A stretch of DNA of 64,000 nucleotides, taken from the NCBI GenBank assembly GCA_004022145.1, contig RCNU01000012.1, one strand, 5' to 3'. Shown here piece by piece: positions 12,580-24,731 of this stretch. Below the pieces are notes generated by a model that ran no database searches, had not been told where the DNA came from, and saw only the letters and a program-made list of their open reading frames with translations. This DNA is from Paecilomyces variotii. Taxonomy: Eukaryota. The translations under genes and the position numbers were made by a program. Position 1 is the stretch's first letter, and the number at the start of each line of letters is the position of its first letter.

Positions 12580-13182
12580 ACCGGTGTTGACTGTACTGTA
12601 CTGGTTTAGACGCATGGGATGGTGAAGCCCTATGCATAGAGTGACCTTGATGTCTTTTCTGTTCGGCTTTGTTCTGGTCTCTTTGTATCATAATGCATAG
12701 TTACGTGCATACCACCTAGCTCTATGATTTCAATACACGGGTCTGTTTGATTACACACATTGGCTTTGTTCAGGCATATTCCGCGGGGTAAATGTAGACA
12801 CAGTAAATCGGTCGCCTGCTTGTCTTGCAACGAGTGACTGTTTTTAGGTATGCATGACTTGGAGACGTCAAATGGGCCAGGTCTGCGACTTAGGCAGGAA
12901 TGCGAGTTGCCAATATATATATGTGAATGAAAAGCAGCCACTGTATTCGCAACACACAAAGACTCCAATCCAGAAAACAGACACAAGAAACAACAGAAAC
13001 CTACAAACCAAACAAAGAAAGCGTATCTCACACAGAATAAAGACCAAGCCACCCATCCCCGCATATTATCACTGCATCACAATCGACCAAGTACTACTAC
13101 TACCACATTTACAGTCAAAAACCAACCGAAAATACAATAGTTTCAAAAATTAATGTAAGGATTACCTTTCATCAAGTTCCAA

Positions 13183-13264
13183 GACACTATGGCCGAGTGG
13201 TCTAAGGCGACAGATTAGAAATCTGTTCTCTTCGGAGGCGTCGGTTCAAATCCGACTGGTGTCG
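13183..13264 (+). tRNA. tRNA-Ser (anticodon AGA), intronless
   Basis: Acceptor stem GACACTA/TGGTGTC plus G discriminator; A-box TGGCCGAGTGG; anticodon arm ACAGA-TT-AGA-AA-TCTGT; long variable arm CTC-TTCG-GAG; T-loop GGTTCAAATCC; T-run terminator downstream. Confidence 0.96.
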
Positions 13265-13614
13265 AATTTCCTTTTTGCCGGGTTCAAGTTCTTGAACTAT
13301 TTTTTCTTGAGACGATCGAAAAGCAACAATACTTAAGTTTACTAGTTAATTTGATACAAGAGAGATATTTTTATTTACAAAAGATACGGTAGAAAAAGGA
13401 TTCGAGTATGTATATGTTAGACAAAGACACAATGTACCCTGTAATAACGAGCGAGTTACCATAGTAACTTGCTCCCAAAAACCGAGTAATAATTAGCGAG
13501 AAATACGAGAACCAGACGGTTCGCACTCTAAAATGGAAGGGATTAAGATACATGTATAATGTAAAAGCGGGTGAGGAGTGAGAAGGAAAGAAAAAAAAAT
13601 AAAAGAAAAAAAAA

Positions 13615-13634
13615 TGTCAGCGACAGGATTCGAC
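13615..13634 (-). pseudogene. Possible isolated 3' remnant of a tRNA gene
   Basis: Minus strand reads GTCGAATCCTGTCGCTGACA followed by a long T run, resembling T-loop, 3' T-stem, acceptor arm, A discriminator and Pol III terminator. No A-box or 5' half upstream. Confidence 0.3.
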
Positions 13635-14058
13635 TGTGTGGGCGAATCTATCGCGTATTAAGCTTAACTACCTTGTTGTTTAGGGGGTTTGTAGATATTA
13701 TTGCTCTCCTCAAGATACTGTAGTTAGGTGGTTAATCATGCGCTGAAAGCATCACACAATAGTACAAACACAAGACAAGACAGGACAAAAAAGACAGAAA
13801 GACAAAAGTGATGGTTTAGATATGGTCCAGACACGGCTCTTAGGCCCGCTTCTTAGCCGGCGGGGAGTTTTTAGAGTATCTCCAGTGAGTGGGTCGTCGG
13901 CTACAGGATCAATATTCGGCTTTCAAGAGCGAGCTGTGCTGTACCTGAACCTGATAGTCAATATGATGGTGATCCATATTTTTATGGTATATTACTGCGA
14001 TCGCCTATCAGGAACCATAGCTGTTATCTAGTCAGAGTCTACCAACGATTCCCATGTC

Positions 14059-14087
14059 TAATTAATTAATTAATTAATTAATTAATT
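14059..14087. repeat. (TAAT)n tetranucleotide microsatellite
   Basis: TAATTAATTAATTAATTAATTAATTAATT read directly. Confidence 0.9.
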
Positions 14088-14490
14088 GGTTGGTGAAATA
14101 AAATATCAACGATAACTAAAAAGCTGATCGACGCCGACCTCGCGCTTCGGCATTACGCCTCGATACTTAAGTCCGAGCCCTGCAAGAAAAATGAGCGACG
14201 CTGGCTCGGGTCTAAGTAGAGAAGCGAATCTTTTATATCAAGTCGATCCCCTCCTCATTATTCTCTACCCGGCGCAGATCAAACAAGCATAATTGGCGCG
14301 AGGACGAAGCACGGCGCATCGCAACCTCGTAAGACCGAAGCGCTCTGCCTTCTATCCGAGCTAGTTGATATCTCCGAGCAGCTTTCCTCGCCCGGCTTTC
14401 CCCCAATTCTCTGGGGGGCTTCAGCCGTATTATTTAAATCACAAGTTACGGGGACCTTGTCCATCGATTTCGCAGACTCCAGTACCAAAG

Positions 14491-16078
14491 ATGGGGGAGG
14501 GACATAACGGCCTGGCCTTGCCAGAAATCGGGACCATAAACACAGAAATCCCTAGCGACAATTCAACAATGACCGCATCCAGTATCCAACTGGACCGCGA
14601 TCCAGAGAAGACACAGCCCGTGGAGAAACAAACCGCGGGACAGTTCGTACAGGAGAGCCATGATGCAGAGAAAGCAGAGCAGGTCACCCAGACTGCGGCG
14701 CCAGAACCAGCACCGCCAAGTATGCCCCCAGATGGAGGATGGCAGGCATGGCTGGTTGTAATGGGAGCTTTCTGCAGTCTGTTTGTCAGTTTCGGTTGGA
14801 TTAACTGTGAGTTACTACCCGGGGGAATGGATCATATCTACTTAGAAGCCCTAGCATGCTAACCAAGAACCAATGCAGGCATCGGTGTCTTCCAGGATTA
14901 CTACCAGACTCATCAGTTGAAGAACATGTCTCCCAGCACAGTGGCATGGGTTCCATCACTGGAGACATTCGTCATGTTCGTCGGAGGTCCTATCTTCGGA
15001 AAGCTCTTCGACAACTACGGTCCGCGATGGCTATTGCTTATCGGAACCTTCTTCCACGTCTTTGGTCTGATGATGACCTCTCTCTCCACTAAATACTACC
15101 AATTCATCCTCGCGCAAGGAATCTGCAGTCCCCTCGGAGCCAGCGCTGTCTTCTACGCCTCCATGACCTCCGCCGTCACCTGGTTCCACCACCGTCGTGC
15201 CCTGGCTCTGGGAATCACAGTGAGTGGATCGAGCTTAGGAGGAGTCATCTTCCCCATCATGGTCGACCATCTCGTGCAAGAAGTCGGTTTTGCCTGGGCG
15301 ATGCGTATCTGCGCTTTCATGATCCTCGGCCTGCTCGTCATCTCCAACCTTACGGTCAAGTCGAGATTGAAGCACACCGTGAAGCCCTTCCACCCCATGG
15401 AGTTCCTCAAGCCACTGAAGGAACTGAAATTCATCCTGACGGTGACGGGAGCGTTTTTCTTCTTCTGGGGCATGTTCTTGCCTTTCACCTTTGTCATCCT
15501 CCAGGCCGAGAGATACGGCATGTCCACCAACATGGGAGCGTATTTGATCCCTATCCTGAACGCTGCAAGGTACATACATCATCACCCCTTATCCCCCGCC
15601 TCAGAATCACAGATCAAGATAACCACTAACACAAAAACCAACTAGTATCCTCGGCCGTACTCTCCCAGGCTACCTCGGTGACCGCCTCGGCCGCTTCAAC
15701 ACCATGATCTTCATGACCTACTTCTCCGCCATCGTCGTTCTCGCAATCTGGCTCCCCTCCCGCAGCAACGCCCCCGCCATCGTCTTCAGCGCCCTCTACG
15801 GTTTCGGTTCCGGCGCCTTCGTCTCCCTCGGCCCCGCTGTCATCGCTCAGATCTCTGACGTGCGCGAAATCGGTATCCGCAACGGTACCTTCTTCGCTAT
15901 CATCTCCATTGCTGCCCTAACGGGAAATCCGATCGGAGGAGCTCTCGCTCCCAATGTCGTCTCGGGTAGTTTTACGAAACTTCAAATCTTCTGTGGTGTG
16001 GTGCAGATGGCGGGAGCGACGTTTTTTGTTGTGGCGAGGGTTTATATTGGTGGGTTTAAGCCGAATAAGAAGCTTTAA
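14491..16078 (+). CDS. MFS transporter, monocarboxylate porter (Mch4/Mch5-like) family
   Basis: 'PPDGGWQAWLVVMGAF' N-terminal MCT motif, 'GKLFDNYGPR', 'WFHHRRALALGITVSGSSLGGVIFP', many hydrophobic helices. Introns ~14807-14878 and ~15570-15645. Confidence 0.9.
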
Positions 16079-17033
16079 GCTTGCAAAAAAAGAAAAAAAA
16101 AAACAAGCACCAACAACAATAAAAGGACAAAAAGGGAAGAGAAAAGACGAACATGGCGGAAAAGAGACGTGGTGGTTTTTTTTATTTTTATTATTATTCC
16201 TTACTAACTAACTAACTAGAGTAACCGACCAACCACCATGTAATTAGACATGCATATAGATGTGTAGATGGATATAGTTAACGCATAATGTGAAATACAT
16301 AATAGAATCGAAGAAACGAAACAATTAAGTTACTTCAGAGCTTACTTAATTCAATACTTAAAAAACTATTTCTATGATTTGTAGGTATCCAGTGTTAACT
16401 AACTGCTTTGTACATAAGTCGAAGTAAATACCCGTCTCCTTGCTAAGGCTTTCACTCCCCCCTGAGACCAGGATGTCACGTGTATGTATACTCTTTCAAC
16501 TTGCTTCAGTATATGTCACGGGTTATCCTTTCGTTGGTCCATAACAGCTATAAAGCCGATCCCATGTAGCCTCGTGCCTCGTGTTGAATTTGATTAATCT
16601 GAATCCAGTTCTGGCACTGGGAATCGGGTGCATGTATAAGTGATATAGTGTAAACAGAATGCCAAATCTAATAGAAACAGACATAGAAACTTGAAATTTA
16701 GATAATTACTGCTACAAAGCAAGACTCCCATTAAATATGCACGGATATGGTATTGACGAAGCGAAAAAAAAGTAATATGATATCACAAACAAGCCAACGC
16801 CAAAAGACGCCTCGCTGGTATGCGGGGTTGAAGAAAGCAAAGCTCTGAAATGGGGTATTTCCAGCGCCAGAACAAGAAAAAGAAACATAGTCTTCGCTAA
16901 GGGCGAAGATAGAACAGTGGAGAAAGCAAAACAAAAATCCTAAAGATACTTCTCCCAAAAATGCTGCCCAAACTCCCAAGAAGATGGAAATTCTACCAAA
17001 ACCGGTATGTAAATGAGATCTGAAACATAATGC

Positions 17034-19469
17034 TCACGCCACAATTCCGCTCCTCATATTTTGGACCGTTCTCAAGCCCACTCCCTTCATTTTGCTGAGC
17101 TCCGTCAAGCTCTTCACCTGGGCCTGTCCATCACTCGCTTCGTAGTCATCCTGGTCCAGTTCATGGTCCATTTCGCAGAGGCAGTCGACGATGGCTTCGG
17201 CCTTCTTGATCCCGACGCCCTTGAGAAGCTTGATCTGGCTGACATCGCGAGAGTTGATGATCGACAGAAGATGAGCCGTGCGTGGGGAGTTAGCAAACTC
17301 CTCCAGAACAGCAGCCTCGGACTCATCGTGCTCTTTCACCACTGGAGACTTCGTCTTGGCCCTCTTCTGCTTGGGTTTGTGTCGAAACCCGCCAGCTAGG
17401 TCGTACTCCTCATCACTAAACTCTTCATTGTGTTCTGAGTCTTGATACTCGCCATCCACCTCAGCTGGGCGTTTTGGGCGCGTGGGTTTCTCATTCTTCT
17501 TCAGGGAAAGCATGCTTCCTAGTTCACGTCGTGCTGCTGATGTAGCTTCCTCAGCTGCGACAGTCGCGTGTTGCATCTGGACCTTCATGTCAAGCTTTTC
17601 TTGCAGCGTTGAGATCTTTCCTAGCAGTTTTGCATTATGCGGGAAGAAAGGCAATGCAAGTTGGTACATCTTCAAGGCTGAGGAGTCCTCGCCTCGTGCA
17701 TGGTGCTGTTTTGCCATTAGAAGGTAGGACAGCCCTTCAGCTCGCGCATCCTCTCTGCCTTCAATGCGCTGCTCGAGAAGTTCCAAGCGACGCTGCACTG
17801 CTTCGCTGATATCGTTCGCCTGAGTCTTCTGCTTGGCGGTCTCATCCAGGGCCTTCGCAGCTAATATCTCCTCGACCTTCTTCTGGACCATCTCTTCAAT
17901 CTTGGCTGCGGAGATTTCTGCCCCCGAACTGCGAGAAGACTCCGATAATTCCGGCTGTCGAAGCCCCTTTGCAGTTCTAGGCCTCGGAGATCTGAAAGTA
18001 TCCGACTTCCGCTTCAGAGGCGATGATCGTTTGGTAATCTCTGGCTTCTTGATCTGCGAGGCCTGTTTCTGCTGGGGCTTATCGGAATACACAAAGAATG
18101 CCTTTGCAGGCTTGCTATCAGCCGGCTTTTCATCTGTCGCTGCGGCAGGCGCACCAATGTTCGCATTTACTGACGCTGCCAGCGGCCGCAGAGGCTGTCG
18201 CTGCATGGAACCTGCAACAGAAGACCGTACTGTAGGCCTTGGTGGGCCCTTGAACATAGGCTCGTTTTCGACCTCTCGCACCTCGACTTTCTTCGTACGG
18301 TTCGCAAAATTCAGGGAACTGACTGTATCCAAGTGATATGAGCGCACAGGTGCAAGGTTTAGGATCATTACTGTCAGTCCGTTATTCTGTCCCAGCGACA
18401 AGATCCTTGTCATCTTCGACTCTCTGTACGGGATCCTCGGCTGCTTCTTGCTGATGGCTTCCACGCACTGAGCCAGGACAAACAGACTCTTGTTTATGCT
18501 GGCCGATTCGACCATGCGCTCCTTGTCATTGCCTGTTCGACGATTATCCTCCGAACCCGCAAGGTCGATCGCAGATGCGGTACTAATGCGGGTCTTATCG
18601 CCCGTTGTTACGGCCACCTTCACGCACAGAATTGCATGCGATCGAGATGAATGTGCATTCAACTGTGCCTGGCTTAGCCCCGTCCAAGAGTAGACGCGAA
18701 AGTCGAGCTTACCTTCGTCGCGGAAGTGGATCTGTTCATGTTGGCCTGATCGTACAAACTCTCGAATTCTTTCAAACTCGGACAGGGCCGCTCCGTCAGC
18801 CCAACAACGACCGTCTTTCCTCCATTATCTCTCAAGGGCAGTCCGGAAGCGGTCCTCTTCTCTGGTGGCTCAAATAAGTCGAATACTTTGTCATTGTAGA
18901 TTTCGTAATAGCTCATGGAAACGTCGACCTTTGTTTGTCCTTCACTATCCTTGTCGAGCTTCCGACTGCGTCTGTAGATGGCGCTCAGGAGACGAGGGAT
19001 GACGCCTCTATCCGCAAGGCTTTTACCGCCCCGCATGGTGTGCGTTTTCCCTGTTCCCGTAACACCATATGCGAATATCGTGACATCGAAACCGGTAAAA
19101 AGGTGCTTTACAGTGGGTGCGACTGCGCTGTTCGTCAGTATGGCGTGTAGTATCGAACGACAGGTCCTATGGCTGACCTTCTGCATCGAACAGCTCCTGC
19201 TGTGTCGCACTCGCATCGTACACTGCATTGAACTGGAACGAGAACTCCTCTCCCTCGTTTTTCGGATTAGGTATCCGCACGATTGTATCCCGGTCCCTGA
19301 GTGCCGCCAAAGCGTCCTTCTTGCCTTTAGCTGCACCGGATTTTGCCGTGGTGTCGGAAGAAGGCAACGATGCTGTCGAATTAGGAGACGGACCAGTGCG
19401 AACAATCACGTCCAGCTCTCGCTCTGATTTGAGCAGGGGTCGAACCCGCGCAACCACGCGGACGCTCAT
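17034..19469 (-). CDS. Kinesin-10/Kid (KIF22)-like N-terminal motor with C-terminal helix-hairpin-helix motifs
   Basis: 'VRVVARVRP', P-loop 'YGVTGTGKT', 'NAHSSRSH', 'IDLAGSED', 'IPYRESKMTRIL'. C-terminal HhH-like 'LLKGVGIKKAEAI' and 'KMKGVGLRTV'. Two introns (~19177-19123, ~18712-18663). Confidence 0.9.
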
Positions 19470-21751
19470 TTTCGAAGATATCTATGGACTATGGTGCGGA
19501 ATCTTCCCGGTGCCAGGGGTTGTTGACTCTAGCTGCTGCAACGACGTCCACCCGCTCTAACGTTTTGCGAACCTTCCAATTGTAATCGCCTGTCCTTTTG
19601 CTTGGAAAAGTGGTCTAGATAACCATAGGAAAGTCGTCACCAAGGAAAACTAGACAATGAGCGAAAGGGTCAATTCCAGACGACCCGCAAAAAGTGCCCC
19701 TCGAATGGTGCGACTGGAACGCGGACCTTTCCCCAAGAAAAGCAACCGAAGAAGGGGGCCGTAAGAAAGAAGAGAGAAAAAAAAAACGGCCGAAGAACAG
19801 ACGACCGAAGCAGAACAGACTCAACGGAAAACGAGAACTGGGAAGAGGCGCTGGATGTTGGCGTTTGTCACTTCGAAAACGGTCTTTTGCACGGAGCAGG
19901 GGTTTGCCGTTTGGTGTGCTGGAGGGCAGAACCAGGTGGTTGGCAGGGCAACGCCTGATCGTGTCTGGGGTATTTTCTCCACCTGCCGCAACTCAATGGA
20001 ACTGCGCTTAACGTCGTCTCAAGAAGGGCTATCTAGAAAGCAATGAACTGGATAGCAAGATTGCAGAGTATAATGTTCGACCATGGTAAACTCCAGTCGA
20101 ATAAACGTGCTGTTTTTTAGGACGCAGATGGTCAAGCGTGCATTGCTGCGAGTACCTGGGCCGCAACTGAACAGATGAATAGACGGGGACAGCAAAAAGA
20201 ATCTGCTGAAAGGATCTAAGACGCCAGAAAAAGCTGCATGATATGTTATGTGGCTAATGGAGGTGCTCCAGTGCAGCCTTGTTATTTTTGCTGTATGTAG
20301 GCAACACCTCAACATCGCGTCTCTTGACGTCCAGCGTCGTCATTGAGATAGGGAAGACGGAATCATGTACAGATTATCTAATACTGTTCTTGGAACAAGA
20401 TACAATATGCAAGGAGCTTGAGAGATATGAGAAGCAATTATTATCAGACAGGCGTGCTTCAACCTCAAAAAGAACCCAGATAGGTAAGTATACAATATTA
20501 CCTATCTGGGAAAGACAAAGAGTTCACACCAAAGAACCACTTGGATATCGGTCGTTCGTGTACTATTACACTCTTTGAAGAGTTTTACTCTGCTTTACTG
20601 GGTAGGGTAACGCTCCCAGTCCGGTTACTTTCTGGCTTGAGCGTTCCTAGTTCAGTAAGTTGTTGAAAATGATGGATTATCCCTCGATGGGATTTGAAGA
20701 GCGCAGAAGCCAGCGGCGCCTGCTCAGTCATACTCGAATAAAGGGCCCTGGGTGACTGATTTCCAATAGATTGTTAGTTCCCGAGTCTCGTTTATCAACG
20801 CGTTCTATCAGTGGCATATCCCCAATTGTGGGTGATGATTGAGTGTAGTTTCGATGCCGGTCATGATGGCCTGACTCTGTCCGGAGTTCTCTGGAATGAG
20901 AGATAGAGATAAATCAACAAGAAGATATGCTGCAGTCATACATTCGTTTCCAAGGGTAGGTAGATATAGCATATCGCACCGTGATATCGGGTACCAACAA
21001 GCTTCAAGCTTCTCATTACAAGCCAGACTCGCTAGTAGAACATCAACCATGTTGTATGAGATATACGCCATCTACGATACACTATATGAAGTTGGACTAA
21101 TTCTTTAAATCCAAAGCAAAAGATAGGCTCTTGAACCAGAATACTCGAGGACCGACTTTGAACTGCGGGCCGTAAGTAGTTATTCGACGGATGAAGTCAT
21201 AGCCCATGTCAGAACAGCGCTCTGCGCTTACGGGTCTGACGGGGATCAGGGCTTTTGCAATATCGCTCTGAATTTCGAAGACAGCGCACGAATGCCACTC
21301 TCAAGTCGGATCCTGTTCCTCTGTGTCTGAGAGGTCGTGGTTTAACGGTGTTGACGGTCTCCTGAGGCATGGCAAGTCTACCGCCCGCGGGGCTCTGATT
21401 GGCCAACAGTAGCCGCAAAGGCCACCGTACACCACCCAGCTCGAGAGCCTGGAATTTGGCAGTCTCTCCGCTCGTCTTCTGCCTCGACATCCGGAAAGAC
21501 ACGTTGGCCGGTCCTGCGCGCGTGCTTTGCGTGCTATATCCCTTCCATTTCACTTTGGATGTCGATTGCGGGCACAATCTTCCCTGTGAGCACCGAATCT
21601 GGAGCACCTGACTCGGCTGTGAGTGTACTGACACCGAAGCATAGTGATCTTAACTGCTCCGCACCTTCGAATCGACAGGGTACACAGATCGCAGGATATA
21701 CGAAAGGATTTAGCGACTTTGTCAACATAGGAAATAATATATACGGGCTCG

Positions 21752-24731
21752 ATGGCGTCACCGCAAGGGGGATATCCTCCCCAGGAAGGATACGGTCAAC
21801 CTGGCTATGGCTCCCCAGGCTCGCCCTCTCAACAGCCCGGGGTACCAGTGACAGGCCCCGCGTCTCACCCTAATGTTGGAGGGAAAAAGAAGCGTGCCTA
21901 TGCTGGCGAAGCATTCGAGTTCGGTTTTGGTGCCAACGCAGCTTTGGGCGGACAACAACAAGGCGGTGGTGCGTATGGTTATATGCCGCAACCGCAACCG
22001 CAACAAGCAGCAGGCTATCCACCAGCTACATATGGCGCGGATCCGAACCAGGTAGCCGCTGCAGGATACGGCCAGCCAGCTGCTGCTGTCGGCGGATATC
22101 AGCCTCCAGTGGCCGGTTATACTGCTCCTGCTCCCGGGGTTGACCAGATGACCCAGCAGTTTGGCCAGATGGGCATGGGTACTCCGCAGCAGATCCCGCA
22201 ACAGGCTCAGGCGCCGCGAGCTGTTCCTCTGAACCAGCTTTATCCTACTGATCTCCTTACCCAACCGTTCAATGTTGCGGAACTCGATTACCCCCCGCCA
22301 CCGATAATCTTGCCGCCAAATGTAAGTGATCCGCGTCACTGCTGTTACTCGTGTCCAAGTGCTGATCCTGACAGACGAGCGTATACCCTTCTCCTGATGC
22401 TAATTGCCCCCCTAAATACGTGCGCTCAACGTTGAATGCGGTGCCCACCACCTATTCCCTTCTCAAAAAGTCGAAATTGCCCTTCGCTCTCGTCATTCAA
22501 CCATATGCGGCTTTGCACGATGCGGAGGATACTGTGCCAGTCATTCCAGATCAGGTCATTTCACGATGTAGACGTTGCAGGTCTTACATCAATCCCTTCG
22601 TCATATTTCTCGATCATGGCCACCGCTGGCGCTGCAACATGTGCAACCTTACCAACGACGTACCTCAAGCGTTTGACTGGGACACCACTCTCCAGAAGCC
22701 AGCGGATAGGTCTTTGAGACCTGAGCTGAACCATGCCGTCGTTGAATTTGTGGCGCCGCAGGAGTACATGGTCCGCCCCCCGCAGCCTCTGGTCTATCTT
22801 TTCTTGATCGATGTGAGCTACGCTTCAGTCACGAATGGTCTCCTGGCTACCAGCGCTCGTTGCATCAGAGAGAGCCTTGATCGCATACCCAACGCCGACC
22901 GGCGGACGCGACTAGGTTTCATTGCTGTAGATTCCAGCCTGCACTATTTCACCATTCCACGAGATGGATCGGAAAATAACGATCCCAAGATGCTGGTTGT
23001 TAGTGATCTGGAGGAGCCCTTCCTGCCCATTCCAGGAGACCTCCTGGTTACCCTTACTGAATGTCGGGAGAACATCGAGTCCTTCCTTGATAAGCTGCAA
23101 GACATGTTCCAAAACACGCAGAACAATGGATCTGCCATGGGCTCCGCCCTTCGTGCTGGTTACAAGTTGATAGCACCAGTCGGAGGAAAGATGACTGTCT
23201 TGTCCTCTTCTCTACCCAATGTTGGTCACGGTGCTTTGACCATGCGAGAGGACAAGAAAGTTCTAGGCACCAGCAAAGAGAGCAGTCTCCTCCAGACCGC
23301 AAACAGTTTCTATAAGAGCTTCGCCGTCGAGTGCTCGAAGGCTCAAGTTTCCGTTGATATGTTCCTGTTCTCCTCCCAGTACCAGGATGTTGCATCTCTC
23401 AGTAATCTTCCTCGGTACACCGGTGGTCAGACCTATTTCTACCCGGGCTGGAATGCTGCTCGGACAGAGGATGCCATCAAATTCGCTCGGGAATTCTCAG
23501 ACTATCTCTCCTCTGAGATCGGTCTGGAAGCAGTTCTGCGCGTGCGAGCGACTACTGGTCTGCGCATGAGCACATTCTACGGAAACTTCTTCAACCGCAG
23601 CTCCGATCTCTGTGCATTCCCAGCATTCCCACGTGATCAAGCCTATGTTGTCGAGGTCGCCATCGACGAGACTGTCACTAAGTCGGTGGTCTGCATGCAG
23701 ACCGCTGTGCTGCACACTACCTGCAATGGCGAGCGAAGAATTCGAGTCTTGACATTGGCTCTTCCGACAACACAGACGCTGGCTGATGTATACGCATCCG
23801 CTGATCAACAGGCTATTATGACCTACTTCAGTCATAAAGCTGTTGAGCGGACGCTCGGAAATGGCCTGGAATCGGCTCGCGAAGCCCTACAGAACAAGGC
23901 TGTTGAGCTTCTGTCGACATACCGGAAGGAGCTTGCTGGTGGCAGTGTCAGCGGTGGCGGTCTCCAGTTCCCTGCTAACCTGAGGGCTCTGCCTGTGCTC
24001 TTCCTGGCCCTAACGAAGAATGTACGATTGTCCCGCATTTGCCCCGAAATCTACCGTGTTTACTGACATCTGTACAGCTGGGTCTACGGAAATCTGCTCA
24101 GATTCCGACGGATATGAGGTCTGCAGCCCTGTGTCTGCTCTCGACTCTCCCTCTCCCCCTTTTGATCCAGTACATCTATCCGAAGATGTACTCCCTGCAT
24201 GACATGCCTGATGATGCAGGGTTGCCGGACGAGAAGACCGGCCAGATTATCCTGCCACCGCCAGTTAATCTGTCATCGGAACGACTTGTCCCGTACGGTC
24301 TCTACCTTATTGACGATGGCCAGACACAGTTCCTCTGGGTCGGACGGGATGCTGTCCCTCAGTTGGTCCTGGATGTCTTCGGCTTGCCGGACAAGTCCCA
24401 GCTTCGCGTTGGAAAGCAGTTCCTGCCTGAGCTGGATAATGACTTCAGCGAACGAGTCCGGGCTGTCATCCAGAAGAGCCGCGACCACCGGGCCAAGGGC
24501 GTCGGCAGCATCGTATTCCCACAGTTGTATGTTGTCAAGGAGGACGGTGAACCAGGGCTGCGGCTATGGGCTCAGACGATGCTGGTCGAGGACCGGGCCG
24601 ACCAAAGCGTCAGTCTGCCGCAGTGGATGGGCTCGTTGCGGGAGAAGGTATGACCACCCATAAGTTAAAACAACCACCCGACGTCCGTATGGACTGACGC
24701 GGTCTTTGACTACCTACAGGTTGTTCAGTAG
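21752..24731 (+). CDS. SEC24: COPII coat cargo adaptor Sec24
   Basis: Pro/Gln/Gly-rich N-terminus; zinc finger '[12 protein letters not shown]...WRCNMC'; trunk 'YLFLIDVS'; '[11 protein letters not shown]'; 'GERRIRVLT'; gelsolin-like 'GLYLIDDG'. Introns 22322-22374, 24022-24077, ~24648-24719. Confidence 0.96.

Noticed and set aside
21390..21520. Possible UPR elements (CCAAT, GACACGT) upstream of SEC24
   Set aside because: Short motifs without canonical spacing; expected by chance.
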